Below, piece by piece: positions 1-10,530 of a stretch of 64,000 bases of DNA. Source of the DNA: Clostridia bacterium (lineage in GTDB: Bacteria > Bacillota > Clostridia > UMGS1883); contig JBJDXJ010000046.1 in assembly GCA_051866635.1 (NCBI GenBank), forward strand, positions 1 to 64,000, written 5' to 3'. Within the stretch, counting starts at the first letter, position 1; each line of letters opens with the position of its first letter. The position numbers were made by a program, and so were the translations under genes. Under the pieces are notes generated by a model. It did no database searches. It was not told where the DNA came from and saw only the letters and a list, made by a program, of their open reading frames with translations.

Positions 1-5
1 TTGTT

Positions 6-62
6 GGGACAGTCCCGAAATGGTCTTTTTGTTATATCAGTGTTGACTTTTTTTAAAGTCTC
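6..62. repeat. Right end of a GGGACAGTCCC-palindrome MITE-like repeat (family B), truncated by the window edge
   Basis: 6-40 matches 44058-44092 at 34/35 nt; 45-62 (GACTTTTTTTAAAGTCTC) is a near-inverted copy of 43969-43985 (GAGACTGTAAAAAAGTC). Confidence 0.8.
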
Positions 63-2480
63 TTATTTAAAATAAATCATTCTGCAAGAGGCGTTCATAC
101 TGCCCTCTGTTTCATTTTCAAGTGCCGCATAGGAGAACAATCCGGCACCTTCTGCCGAATTCCATCCTCCACCGTAATGAAGGGTATATTCTTCATTATC
201 GTCATTGTGAAGGTAGCTGTCACCGTAATATGTGGAGCTTGTGGCACCGTCCCCCACAACAGAAGGGAGCATTACCCCCGGATGATTTTCGTCATAGCCC
301 ATGGTCTTAATCATTGTATCCACGCTTTTAGAATAGCTATCTGTAGGTAATTTGTAAGAAAGGGTGTATGTTTCACCATATCTGTCAATTAAAGTTGCCA
401 CACCGTTTCTTACACGGATATTGTCAACGTAGATATGTGTATTGCCCCATATATTTTCCATATAGCGATACTTAAAGGACAATGTTCCTCGTGTTGTTGC
501 CCTTGCACCTGTATGGTAGCCTATGCCGTCAGCACCGCCGTTATCTTTTGCGATATGTGCAATTGCTGTTACATTTTCTTTAACATCTACAGGTTCACCT
601 GTGAAGAATACAGAAACCGTATTGTCACTGTTTTCTATAACTGCTTTAACCACTCTTATGTCATTGATACCTGACATATAGCTTTCGTCATAGTTTAAGG
701 TGTTGAACAAAACTATATTATCGCCCTGGTTATATGTATAATCACCGTTTACATCAATGCAGTTTGTTTTGGTGTTGGACTTTACCGAAACAGAATAGCC
801 GCTTTCGTCCTCAGATAGTGATGCGATAGAAAATCCGCATACGCCCATATACAAGCACTGTGAATTTCTTACACCTGTTTCAACCATGAAAAGCTTTTGT
901 ACTGCCGACAATGCCGCATAGTCAAAGGCTTTATAGCCCTCTCCCTTTTCCTGTATTTTTGCCTTCATATCATTAGGCGACATATATAACACAGGAGATG
1001 AACCGCTTGTGCTTCTCATATTGCCGTTATCGTCCACAGATGTTATATAAGCACCTATATAGATTTTATCGGCTTCCCCGTTTCCTGTGATAAAGGCTTC
1101 GTCCACAGAAAATCCATCATGGCAGTAGCCCGATATTGAAATGGTGTCGTAATTTTCGTCTACAACACGTCTTGTGTAAAATTTGGGAATTTCAACGAAC
1201 ACATCACCGGCTTCCCCTGTATCGGAAAAGCCTTCTTCACCCTTATAAATAATATTTCCGTCCTTAATGGCACAAAGTTTGATTTCACTCCAAGGATAAA
1301 TATTGTCAAAATCGTTTTCGCCTTCGGACAAAAATCCTTCCCCTACAGCACCGTTAAAGGACAAGTTTTTAGCATCGTCCAATCTTTCACCGGTATTTGA
1401 AGGGTTGTTTTTATCAAACCTTACGGTGTATATGCCGTCTTTGTCAAATTTGGGCAAATCAGAGGTATCAAAAGTTACTCTGCCTAAAACAGTGCCGTTT
1501 ATTATAACGCAACTGCCCTTTTCAAGAGAAGGCGTTGCCCAGTCGGACAAGACTGTTTCGCCATTTTCATCTGACATTTTCCATACACCGTTTTTATATG
1601 TTATTTTCTCCCCTTCTTTAAGGTCGGGTATTTTGTACGTTACGCTGTTTGTACTTCTGCTTTCTCCTGGCAATCTGCCGTACACAACAGTAAGCCTTTC
1701 TTCAGGGGATGCAGTAGATTCATGAAGACTTTCATCATAATAAGTTACACGGCATTTTACAGTCTTTTCGGGAATAATTACACGTGCCATCTGATAAACA
1801 CTTACCGAATTTGAGTCCTTTTTCCTGTAAGTGTTTCCGCTTTGAGCGTAATTTGTTATAATGCCGTCTTTATCCATAAACTGCCATATGGCACAGTTAA
1901 AGCCGCCGCTTAAAGTAAGGTAACTGCCTTCAGGGTTCACATTAAACCAGGTAGTTGTCTTATACCCTTCCTCATCTGTAAGGGGATATTCATATTCGTA
2001 AATGCTTCCCTGTTCATAACTGTCAGGTGCAAGATTATAACCTGTTATAGTAAGGGTCATATCCTTGGTAATTCTTACATCGGGTGTAATTTCAATCCCG
2101 TATTCGTCCATGCTTTTTAATAAAACTTCCTGGGTGTTTTTAATGGTCAAGGGAGAAATCTGTGCATCCTCGGCTTTTTTATTATACGCCGCAGAGTTAT
2201 AACATTCATACGCCTTTTCATCTTCTCCGTTTTCCATATACCAGTCGCCTAAAGTTGTCTTTGCATCAATATCTGTTACACAATACTGGCAATAAGTGCT
2301 TAAATTGACAATTGCATCCTCTAAGTTTCCTTGAGCATACAAAGCTTCCGCCTGACTTTTCACATCATCAATGCTTTCGGCTATATCATAGCGGTTTTGC
2401 ATAAAAAACACGGAAAGGGCGGCAAGTATTAAAAGGACAACAATTGCCAAAGCTGTTATAATTCTTACTTTACCTTTCAC
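63..2480 (-). CDS. Membrane-anchored TPR protein with C-terminal phage-tail/DGR-target-like C-type-lectin (FGE-sulfatase-like) domain
   Basis: 805 aa ORF with GTG start; N-terminal hydrophobic helix; TPR-like segment (AEALYAQGNLEDA...LGDWYMENGEDEKAYECY); motifs VFVEIPKFY, KIYIGAY, YRYMENIWGN, GGGWNS..GAGLF...SCR. Confidence 0.7.
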   Translation of the reverse strand: MKGKVRIITALAIVVLLILAALSVFFMQNRYDIAESIDDVKSQAEALYAQGNLEDAIVNLSTYCQYCVTDIDAKTTLGDWYMENGEDEKAYECYNSAAYNKKAEDAQISPLTIKNTQEVLLKSMDEYGIEITPDVRITKDMTLTITGYNLAPDSYEQGSIYEYEYPLTDEEGYKTTTWFNVNPEGSYLTLSGGFNCAIWQFMDKDGIITNYAQSGNTYRKKDSNSVSVYQMARVIIPEKTVKCRVTYYDESLHESTASPEERLTVVYGRLPGESRSTNSVTYKIPDLKEGEKITYKNGVWKMSDENGETVLSDWATPSLEKGSCVIINGTVLGRVTFDTSDLPKFDKDGIYTVRFDKNNPSNTGERLDDAKNLSFNGAVGEGFLSEGENDFDNIYPWSEIKLCAIKDGNIIYKGEEGFSDTGEAGDVFVEIPKFYTRRVVDENYDTISISGYCHDGFSVDEAFITGNGEADKIYIGAYITSVDDNGNMRSTSGSSPVLYMSPNDMKAKIQEKGEGYKAFDYAALSAVQKLFMVETGVRNSQCLYMGVCGFSIASLSEDESGYSVSVKSNTKTNCIDVNGDYTYNQGDNIVLFNTLNYDESYMSGINDIRVVKAVIENSDNTVSVFFTGEPVDVKENVTAIAHIAKDNGGADGIGYHTGARATTRGTLSFKYRYMENIWGNTHIYVDNIRVRNGVATLIDRYGETYTLSYKLPTDSYSKSVDTMIKTMGYDENHPGVMLPSVVGDGATSSTYYGDSYLHNDDNEEYTLHYGGGWNSAEGAGLFSYAALENETEGSMNASCRMIYFK

Positions 2481-2482
2481 AA

Positions 2483-3469
2483 TTATTCACCCTTTCTGTC
2501 TCTTCCCATCAAACTTGCAACAGCCTCCCTGGGGTTCATACCACAGTTCAGTACAGAGTTTACAGCTTCCACGATGGGCATCTCAACATTGTATTTTTCC
2601 ACAAGCTTCATTGCCGCAGGAAGCATATTTATGCCTTCCACAACCATGCCCACTTCCTTTTTTGCTTCCTCAACGCTCATACCTTCGCCGATAAGTCTTC
2701 CTGCTTTATGGTTTCGACTATGTACGCTGGTGCATGTAACAATCAAATCGCCAACGCCTGCCAAACCGTAAAAGGTTTCACGGTTACAGCCCATTTCAGT
2801 TCCCAGCCTTACGATTTCCGCAAGACCACGTGTTATAAGTGCAGCAGTTGTATTATCCCCAAAGCCCAGTCCACGGGAAATACCCACGCCCAGTGCCATA
2901 ACATTTTTTATACTGCCTGCAAATTCAACACCCTTTATGTCCGTATTTGTATACACACGGAAAAAGTCTGTCATAAAAATTTCCTGAACATACTTTGCCA
3001 ATTTTTCGTCATTAGATGCGGCAACAATTGTTGTGGGCAAATCAAAAGCAACCTCTTCGGCATGGGTAGGGCCTGTCAGAGCAACAACCTGTGCATTTCC
3101 TAAAACATCTGTTATAATTTCACTCATTGTGAAAAGGCTTTCAGATTCCATCCCCTTTGCCACATCCACAATCACTTGACTATGTTTGTAATATGGCTTT
3201 ATCTTTTCCGCCGTAGAACGGACAAATACAGAGGGCACTGCCAAAAGAATAACCTGACTTTCATCAAGTGCCAAAGGTAAGTTTTTAGTAAATACAATGT
3301 TTTTCGGAATAACCATATCCTTTAAAATGGGGTGCTTCCAATTTTCCGTTAAATAATCAATTTCGCTTTCAATTGCAGACCATACATAAACGCTGTAGTT
3401 TTTCAAAGCAAGCAATCTTGCCAACGCCATACCCCATGTACCTGCACCTATTACTGCTATTTTTGTCAT
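2483..3469 (-). CDS. gpsA: NAD(P)H-dependent glycerol-3-phosphate dehydrogenase
   Basis: GAGTWG Rossmann motif, AKG, GPTHAEEV, KNV, GDLIVTC.S.HSRN, VVEG. Confidence 0.95.
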   Translation of the reverse strand: MTKIAVIGAGTWGMALARLLALKNYSVYVWSAIESEIDYLTENWKHPILKDMVIPKNIVFTKNLPLALDESQVILLAVPSVFVRSTAEKIKPYYKHSQVIVDVAKGMESESLFTMSEIITDVLGNAQVVALTGPTHAEEVAFDLPTTIVAASNDEKLAKYVQEIFMTDFFRVYTNTDIKGVEFAGSIKNVMALGVGISRGLGFGDNTTAALITRGLAEIVRLGTEMGCNRETFYGLAGVGDLIVTCTSVHSRNHKAGRLIGEGMSVEEAKKEVGMVVEGINMLPAAMKLVEKYNVEMPIVEAVNSVLNCGMNPREAVASLMGRDRKGE

Positions 3470-4995
3470 GCTTTTTTCCCCCTCATAAACATATTTATAA
3501 CGCTCTTAAACACCTTTGTTTTACAAAAACAAATAAGGAACAAAAGGTTGTATAAAAGGAAACATAATCCTATCTTTAAAACAAGTCCCAAAATGCCTTC
3601 AAATGCCACATATCCCAACACGCAGTTTATAACTACACCACAAAAAAGGGCAAAAACGAAATACAAAGCATATGTTCCGAAAAACTTCATTGGTGATTTA
3701 TTAAGCCTGTTTTTGAAAACAAGGTACCCGTCAACCCATGTTGTTGTGGCAAGTCGGGAAATTGCCGTTGCCATAAAAATACCCGAAAGTCCTATAAGAT
3801 TGCCTAAAACAATGGAAAGGACAATATTTAAAATTGCCGAAACTAATGGTGCCAAAATGCTTTCACGGAAAAGCCCCATTGTTGTACGGTATGTATATCC
3901 TGCAAACTGCATACCTTCCACGTAAAATGAAAGTGCCATTGCACCGATTGACCATTTGTCAAGGATAAGGTTTTTGCCAAGCCATATGCTGATAAGGCTG
4001 TCTGACACGGTGAAAAATCCAACGGAAAGAAGCCCGTAAAGCCAAAGGGAAACAAATAAAAGCTTGAAAAACACATTTTCCTTGCTTTTATTGTCCTCTC
4101 CTGCATTCAAATCACCAACGCTTGCGGTAATTCCGTTTAAAAGCTGATTGGCAAGCAGTCTGAAATTCACTATAATCATTGAAAAGTTTGAATAACGGTT
4201 CAAACTTGCAAAATCAATAATCGCCTGGATTAAAATGCTGTCTGTACTGCCAAGTGCCACCCCTGACAGCTTATATACCAAAAGAGCCTTCACATTGTCA
4301 AAAATGCTCTTTTTTTCTTCCTTTGCAAGATTAAATTGCGGTTTTTCATTTACCACAGGGTAACGCATAGAGCAAATATGTGCAATAATAACATTACGCA
4401 CCTGATTACACACAATCATAGTTGCAAGATAAAGTATAAAGTTATGTGTGGTGTAAAGAAGAACTATCTGTACCAGAACCTGAATAATGGTAAAAATCTG
4501 CTCAACTACAGTGCCTATATACCTTTCCTGATTTGCCGTCATAAAGGTGCGTTTCCATACGCAGAAATATGAAATTACCGTATTTGCCAGATAAAGAAGG
4601 TAAATTACAGTAAGGTTATCGGGAATGTTTGGCTTATCAACAATAATTACATCTAAAAGGGGAACCATAAGAAGCCCGAAGACAGCAACTATAAAACCGA
4701 TTATCCTGTATGCTGATTTGTAAAAATATACATACTGACGGATTTTGTCCGTATCCTTATCCCTTATAGGCTTATAAAGACTGAACACAATGGCATTACC
4801 TATGCCCAATTCCGCAAAGGAAAGCACCTGAAGAATATTGGTAAACAGTCCGTTAACACCTAAATAGTCCTCTGCAAGAGTATGTACAAACACACTTCTT
4901 ACAACAAAGCCTAATATAAGGGTGGTTACTTCGGCAAAAAGTCCAAAAGCAGAATTACGTATTGAGTTTTTAAGCCTTGACGCACTTTTCGCCAT
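3466..4995 (-). CDS. Wzx/MATE-like polysaccharide or teichoic-acid flippase
   Basis: 509 aa multi-TM protein; SR..NS.RN, YLGVNGLFTNIL.VLSFAELGIG.AI.FSLYKP typical of Firmicute flippases; ATGA overlap with gpsA. Confidence 0.85.
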   Translation of the reverse strand: MAKSASRLKNSIRNSAFGLFAEVTTLILGFVVRSVFVHTLAEDYLGVNGLFTNILQVLSFAELGIGNAIVFSLYKPIRDKDTDKIRQYVYFYKSAYRIIGFIVAVFGLLMVPLLDVIIVDKPNIPDNLTVIYLLYLANTVISYFCVWKRTFMTANQERYIGTVVEQIFTIIQVLVQIVLLYTTHNFILYLATMIVCNQVRNVIIAHICSMRYPVVNEKPQFNLAKEEKKSIFDNVKALLVYKLSGVALGSTDSILIQAIIDFASLNRYSNFSMIIVNFRLLANQLLNGITASVGDLNAGEDNKSKENVFFKLLFVSLWLYGLLSVGFFTVSDSLISIWLGKNLILDKWSIGAMALSFYVEGMQFAGYTYRTTMGLFRESILAPLVSAILNIVLSIVLGNLIGLSGIFMATAISRLATTTWVDGYLVFKNRLNKSPMKFFGTYALYFVFALFCGVVINCVLGYVAFEGILGLVLKIGLCFLLYNLLFLICFCKTKVFKSVINMFMRGKKA

Positions 4996-5026
4996 TTAGT
5001 TAACCTCTTTCACAATATGATTAAAA

Positions 5027-5902
5027 CTATAAATCCCTGTAGCTCTTATCCGGGTCAAAATATATGGTAGTGTGCTGGGCAGTGCCTTTTTTAAATACCA
5101 TATAATCATCACCGTACTGAACAGAAAGCCTTTCGTGGTAATTTTCGGGGCATGTAACAGTACGCCACTCAAAAGGCAGTTCAACTGTTTTATCAAAAAG
5201 TGTTCTGTCCCACTCATAAATTTTTACACCCGGGCGAAAGGCGGTAACACCAACTTTTTTCGTGTTACCTTTTACGCTTTTAACTTTTTTTAAGTACTTC
5301 ACAGAAAGTTTTTCATGTGTTGTAAAAATACTTAAAAAGCCTATTACTACATGTGCAAAAACCTTTGAAATTTTCTTTGCACGGGGCGAGTGGGGTACTT
5401 CGTAGCCAAGGAGCAAAAGCCTGAAAATTTTAAGATATGTTGTATGTAAAAAATAGCTGATTTTTCCATCGGGGATATTATCAAGAGGGAATATGTCAAT
5501 AAATATGCCTCTGTGCCAAGCGGGAAAACACTCGCTTTCAAAACGTGTACTTCCTGTGGTAGAGTCGTCACGAAGTTTTGCGTGCCAAGGCTGAAAACCC
5601 TTTTCACTGCCTGACCACTGCAAAAAATAAGGCTCCTTCAGCTCAGTTTTGCAAACTTCAATAAACCTGTCATAATCTTCCCTGAGCATCTGAATATCAA
5701 TATCATCATCCCATGGTATAAAGCCCTTGTGCCTTACTGCACCTAAGAGGGTCCCACCGTCTGCAAACCACCTTATATTATACTTTTTACATATTTCCTC
5801 CATAACAGAAAGGAGGTTCATATCACAAAGCCATACTTTTTTCATTGTTTCGTCAACGAAAAATCCGCATCGCTCTTCACCTTTAAGAAAATCCTTATCC
5901 AA
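5027..5902 (-). CDS. LicD-family phosphotransferase
   Basis: GGTLLGAVRHKGFIPWDDDIDI and GIFIDIFPLD signature motifs. Confidence 0.92.
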   Translation of the reverse strand: MDKDFLKGEERCGFFVDETMKKVWLCDMNLLSVMEEICKKYNIRWFADGGTLLGAVRHKGFIPWDDDIDIQMLREDYDRFIEVCKTELKEPYFLQWSGSEKGFQPWHAKLRDDSTTGSTRFESECFPAWHRGIFIDIFPLDNIPDGKISYFLHTTYLKIFRLLLLGYEVPHSPRAKKISKVFAHVVIGFLSIFTTHEKLSVKYLKKVKSVKGNTKKVGVTAFRPGVKIYEWDRTLFDKTVELPFEWRTVTCPENYHERLSVQYGDDYMVFKKGTAQHTTIYFDPDKSYRDL

Positions 5903-5941
5903 AACCTCACCGCCAAAGCATAATTACACAAAATAATTATA

Positions 5942-6550
5942 TCATTTTACCTTCTTACTGTCAATACAACTTGCCTTGTACTCCATAGGTGTTTGTCCGC
6001 ATATATTTTTAAAGGCACGTTGCATTGTTTTTACACTGCCAAAGCCTGCACATTCGGCACACTGTTCGTTATTTAACCCCTCTAAAAGCATTTTCTTCGC
6101 CTTTTCAACCCTTACCCTTAAGATGAATTCACGCATTGTAACATTGTGCTTTTTCAAAAACAAAGCATCTGTTCTTTTCCTGTTCAAATTAAGAGCATCA
6201 CAAACATACTGTGGTGACAAATAATCGTACTGGTAGTTTTTATATATGTAATCCTCTGCCTCATCACGTGTTTCTTCACTACTTGGCACAGGGTTAATTT
6301 CCTCGTTGTCGCTTTTTGTCTTGATAATAATGAAAAATTCTTCCTTTAGTGTTTTAACTTCCTTAATAACTTTCATGCCTTTTTCAAAATCATTATCTGC
6401 CACGGTAAAAACCAAATTGTCATTTGTAAAATCTATACCGATTTCATTCAAGACTTTTTCCACTATATATTTTGCATTATCTTCTTTTTCTCTTTCAGAA
6501 AGAGAGTATTTATCAAAAAATATACGACTACAGTCAACTTCAAATTTCAT
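5942..6550 (-). CDS. AraC-family HTH transcriptional regulator
   Basis: C-terminal RVEKAKKML..AECAGF.S...RAFK...GQTPMEYK; short unassigned N-terminal domain. Confidence 0.85.
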   Translation of the reverse strand: MKFEVDCSRIFFDKYSLSEREKEDNAKYIVEKVLNEIGIDFTNDNLVFTVADNDFEKGMKVIKEVKTLKEEFFIIIKTKSDNEEINPVPSSEETRDEAEDYIYKNYQYDYLSPQYVCDALNLNRKRTDALFLKKHNVTMREFILRVRVEKAKKMLLEGLNNEQCAECAGFGSVKTMQRAFKNICGQTPMEYKASCIDSKKVK

Positions 6551-6605
6551 ACGTTCACCTAATATTAAAGGGATACGTTGCCGTACCCCTTTATTTACAT
6601 TAAAT

Positions 6606-8120
6606 TTATTTAATTAAACTTTCGCCTGTCATTTCCGCGGGCTTTTCCAAGCCTAATATATCAAGCATTGTAGGTGCGATGTCTGCCAGACGACCGCCTT
6701 CTTTAAGCTGACAATCCTGACCTACAACAATAAAGGGTACAGGATTTGTAGTGTGTGCAGTAAAGGGGCCCTTTGTATCAGGGTCAATCATCTGGTCCGC
6801 ATTGCCGTGGTCAGCGGTGATACATGCTACACCGCCCTTTGCCATTATGGCATCAACCATCTTGCCTACACATTCGTCAACAGCTTCAACAGCCGCTACT
6901 GCCGCAGGGATGATACCCGTGTGACCAACCATGTCGCAGTTAGCGTAGTTAAGAATTATAACATCAAACTTATCGCCGTTAATTGCTTCCAAAACAGCGT
7001 CACATACTTCATAAGCACTCATTTCGGGCTTCATATCAAATGTTGCCACATCGGGAGACTTAATAAGTATTCTGTCTTCCCCACCAAACTGCTTTTCTTC
7101 ACCGCCGTTGAAGAAGAATGTTACGTGAGCATACTTCTGTGTCTCGGCAATTCTCAGCTGTGTAAGACCCTTCTTTGAAAGGTATTCGCCAAGTGTCATA
7201 GTGAGTTCTTCCGGAGGATATGCAACTGTTACGTTGGGCATTTCAGCATCGTACTGTGCCATGCACACAAAGTGAAGGGGGAAGTAACCCTTACGTCTTT
7301 CAAAGCCTGTAAAAGACTCATCAACAAATGTTCTTGTAAGCTGGCGTGCACGGTCGGGGCGGAAATTGAAGAAGATAACGCTGTCGCCCTCCTTAATCTG
7401 ACCGTTTTTGTCAACAACAGTGGGAAGCATAAATTCGTCTGTTACGCCATTTGCATAGGAATTTTTAACAGCCTCCACAGCATCTGTTTCTTCTACGCCT
7501 TCGCCGTAAACAAGTGCCGCATATGCCTTTTCAACTCTGTCCCAAGCGTTGTCACGGTCCATTGCATAAAATCTGCCTGCAACAGTTGCAATAGAGCCAA
7601 GACCTATTTCGTCAATTTTCTTCTGTAATTCTTCCATATATTCTGCCGCAGAAGAAGGAGGCACATCTCTGCCGTCTAAGAATGTGTGAACATAAACCTT
7701 TTCAACACCCATTTTTTTCGCCATTTCAATAAGACCGTAAAGATGTGTGTTGTGGCTGTGTACACCGCCGGGAGAAAGAAGCCCCATAAGGTGAAGAGCC
7801 TTTCCCTTTGCGTTTTCCATAGCGTCACAAAGAACCTTGTTCTTTAAAATTGTACCGTCCTGAATATCTTTTGTAATCTTAACAAGCATTTGATAAACAA
7901 CTCTGCCGGCACCGATATTTGTGTGTCCCACTTCGCTGTTACCCATCTGACCGTCGGGAAGACCAACATCAAGACCGCTTGCCGCAATTGCGGTGTTTGG
8001 GCATTCTTTAAAATACTTGTCAAGATTGGGAGTATTTGCTTCGTAAATAGCATTACCTTCATGGCTTGGGTTAAGACCGTAACCGTCCATGATGATAAGT
8101 GCAACAGGTTTCTTACTCAT
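6606..8120 (-). CDS. gpmI: 2,3-BPG-independent phosphoglycerate mutase
   Basis: [43 protein letters not shown]. Confidence 0.97.
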   Translation of the reverse strand: MSKKPVALIIMDGYGLNPSHEGNAIYEANTPNLDKYFKECPNTAIAASGLDVGLPDGQMGNSEVGHTNIGAGRVVYQMLVKITKDIQDGTILKNKVLCDAMENAKGKALHLMGLLSPGGVHSHNTHLYGLIEMAKKMGVEKVYVHTFLDGRDVPPSSAAEYMEELQKKIDEIGLGSIATVAGRFYAMDRDNAWDRVEKAYAALVYGEGVEETDAVEAVKNSYANGVTDEFMLPTVVDKNGQIKEGDSVIFFNFRPDRARQLTRTFVDESFTGFERRKGYFPLHFVCMAQYDAEMPNVTVAYPPEELTMTLGEYLSKKGLTQLRIAETQKYAHVTFFFNGGEEKQFGGEDRILIKSPDVATFDMKPEMSAYEVCDAVLEAINGDKFDVIILNYANCDMVGHTGIIPAAVAAVEAVDECVGKMVDAIMAKGGVACITADHGNADQMIDPDTKGPFTAHTTNPVPFIVVGQDCQLKEGGRLADIAPTMLDILGLEKPAEMTGESLIK

Positions 8121-8163
8121 AGTAAACTATCCTTTCTGTAAAACTTTTAAACACAAAAGGCTT

Positions 8164-8913
8164 TTAAGCGTTAGCTATAATAGAAAAGTCTGCACTCTTA
8201 AGGCTAGCACCGCCTACAAGACCGCCGTCAATATCGCTCATTGCAAAGAGTTCTGCCGCACAGTCCTTATTAACACTGCCGCCGTAAAGGATTGTTGTGT
8301 TTTCGGCAGTTTCTTCATCATAAACAGATGCAAGGCACTTACGGATGTCAGCACAAACTTCGTTTGCCTGTTCACTTGTTGCAACCTTACCTGTACCGAT
8401 AGCCCAGATAGGTTCGTAAGCAATAACAATCTTTCTCATGTCTTCCTTGGACACACCACGGAGAGCAATCTTAATCTGTGTACGGATAAAGTCAAATGTT
8501 ACGTTGTCTTCTCTCTGCTGGAGGCTTTCACCACAGCAAAGAACGGGGATAAGACCTTTTTCAAGAGCCTTTGTAACCTTTTTGTTGATGATTTCATCTG
8601 TTTCGCAGAAATATTCACGTCTTTCGCTGTGACCGATAATTACGTATTCAACGCCCAAATCCTTTAACATATCAGCACTTACTTCACCTGTGTAAGCGCC
8701 CTTGTCCATGTAGTAGAAGTTCTGTGCACCAACTTTAATATTTGTACCCTTTGTAGCCTCTAATACTACGGGAAGGTCTACAAGAGGAGGGCATACAAGG
8801 ACATCGTTCTTTGCACCCTTACACTTTTCAACAAGTTCACCTATAAGCTGTTTTGCTTCGGAGGGAGTCATATTCATTTTCCAGTTGCCTGCCGCTAAAA
8901 TCTTTCTTGCCAT
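8164..8913 (-). CDS. tpiA: Triosephosphate isomerase
   Basis: [38 protein letters not shown]. Confidence 0.98.
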   Translation of the reverse strand: MARKILAAGNWKMNMTPSEAKQLIGELVEKCKGAKNDVLVCPPLVDLPVVLEATKGTNIKVGAQNFYYMDKGAYTGEVSADMLKDLGVEYVIIGHSERREYFCETDEIINKKVTKALEKGLIPVLCCGESLQQREDNVTFDFIRTQIKIALRGVSKEDMRKIVIAYEPIWAIGTGKVATSEQANEVCADIRKCLASVYDEETAENTTILYGGSVNKDCAAELFAMSDIDGGLVGGASLKSADFSIIANA

Positions 8914-8949
8914 AATAAATTCATCCTTTCAAATGTTTAATATATCGTG

Positions 8950-9185
8950 TTTAGACTAATGAGTTTGGATGTAGAACGGACAAAATTCAGGAGGATGCAA
9001 GATTTGCATCCGACCTCTGCCCGACGGCGTACTTTGGTACGTCGAGTGGTGAATTTTGTTCGTAGTTTAAAAGCAATCATATCAACGAAATCCGCACTCA
9101 TAGGTGCGGATTTCTACTTTCTAAAATTGCCCAGCGATTAAACCGACCGCACTCACAGTCTTTTTTTGCTTTTAAACGGTCTGCG
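8950..9185. repeat. Highly structured ~235 bp intergenic insert (MITE-like or ncRNA), family C
   Basis: Nested stems 8976-8989/9050-9063 and 9065-9076/9166-9177; inner hairpins 8993-9011, 9025-9044, 9087-9114; single copy in this window. Confidence 0.55.
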
Positions 9186-9191
9186 CCGAAA

Positions 9192-10373
9192 TCATTTGTC
9201 TAAAAGTGCAACGATACCGGGAAGTTCCTTACCTTCAAGGAATTCAAGAGAAGCACCGCCGCCTGTGGAAATGTGGCTCATCTTATCGCCAAGACCTGCC
9301 TGGTTAACAGCCGCAACACTGTCGCCGCCGCCGATAACAGTAACAGCGTCCAATTCAGCAAGCATGTTAGCGATTTCGTTAGTACCCTTTGCAAAGTTAG
9401 GCATTTCAAATACGCCCATAGGACCGTTCCAAACAACAGTTTTTGCGTCCTTAAGTGTTTCCTTAAAGAGTGCAACAGACTTAGGACCGATATCCAAACC
9501 TTCCCAACCTTCGGGAATATCGCCTTCAACAACCTTAGATTCAGCATCGTTGTTAAATTCCTTAGCAACTACTGTATCAACGGGAAGAACGATCTTGTCG
9601 CCTGCTTCATCAAGCATCTTCTTTGCGTATTCGATATAATCCTTTTCAAGAAGAGAATTGCCTGTTTCTTTACCCAAAGCAGCCATAAATGTATAAGCCA
9701 TACCGCCGCCGATAATGAGCTTGTCTACCTTCTTCAAGAGGTTTTCGATAACGGAAATCTTACTTGAAACCTTACTGCCGCCCAAAATAGCAACCAATGG
9801 ACGGTTGGGGTTATTTACAGCGTTTCCGAGATATTCAATTTCCTTATTAATAAGGTAACCGCCTACAGCAGGGATATACTGTGCAACACCTACGTTAGAG
9901 CAATGTGCACGGTGAGCTGTACCGAAAGCATCGTTTACGAATACATCTGCCAAGGATGCAAGTTCCTTGCTGAATTCGTCAACGTTCTTTGTTTCTTCTT
10001 TTCTGTAACGTGTGTTTTCAAGTAAAACTACATCGCCGTCTTTCATTTCGGCAACTGCTTTCTTTGCGTTTTCGCCTACAACGCAGTCGTCTGCGGCGAA
10101 GATAACTTCCTTACCGAGCTTTTCGGAAAGTCTCTTTGCAACAGGTGCAAGACTCATGGAAGGAACGGGTTCACCCTTGGGCTTGCCCATGTGAGAACAA
10201 AGGATAACCTTTGCACCATTTTCTACAAGGTAGTTGATTGTGGGCATAGCACCTACAATTCTGTTTTCGTCTGTGATATTTCCATCTGCATCAAGGGGAA
10301 CGTTGAAGTCACATCTTACAAGGACTTTTTTGCCTTTTACTTCAACATCTTCAAGTGTTTTCTTGTTTAACAT
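9192..10373 (-). CDS. pgk: Phosphoglycerate kinase
   Basis: [38 protein letters not shown]; start moved to ATG 10373 behind GAGGTG RBS. Confidence 0.98.
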   Translation of the reverse strand: MLNKKTLEDVEVKGKKVLVRCDFNVPLDADGNITDENRIVGAMPTINYLVENGAKVILCSHMGKPKGEPVPSMSLAPVAKRLSEKLGKEVIFAADDCVVGENAKKAVAEMKDGDVVLLENTRYRKEETKNVDEFSKELASLADVFVNDAFGTAHRAHCSNVGVAQYIPAVGGYLINKEIEYLGNAVNNPNRPLVAILGGSKVSSKISVIENLLKKVDKLIIGGGMAYTFMAALGKETGNSLLEKDYIEYAKKMLDEAGDKIVLPVDTVVAKEFNNDAESKVVEGDIPEGWEGLDIGPKSVALFKETLKDAKTVVWNGPMGVFEMPNFAKGTNEIANMLAELDAVTVIGGGDSVAAVNQAGLGDKMSHISTGGGASLEFLEGKELPGIVALLDK

Positions 10374-10408
10374 TGCTATCACCTCATAATATATTTTCAT
10401 ATGGCTTT

Positions 10409-10438
10409 ATTATAACACACATTATTACTTAATTGCAA
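10409..10438 (-). promoter_or_regulatory. Sigma-A promoter of pgk operon
   Basis: TTGCAA-18 nt-TATAAT with extended -10 TG. Confidence 0.6.
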
Positions 10439-10486
10439 TAATTTTCTTATTTTTTTCTTTTCAAAAAAATTTGCCCTTTTAATGGA

Positions 10487-10523
10487 CAAAAAGGCATGGG
10501 AAATTGTCATTTCCCACGCCTTG
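10487..10523 (-). terminator. Intrinsic terminator after degV
   Basis: AAGGCGTGGGAAAT-gaca-ATTTCCCATGCCTT followed by U tract on minus strand. Confidence 0.75.
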
Positions 10524-10530
10524 GTTTTAA

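Noticed and set aside
63-200. Complete diversity-generating retroelement
   Set aside because: Only a target-like domain is present; no reverse transcriptase, Avd or template repeat is visible in the window
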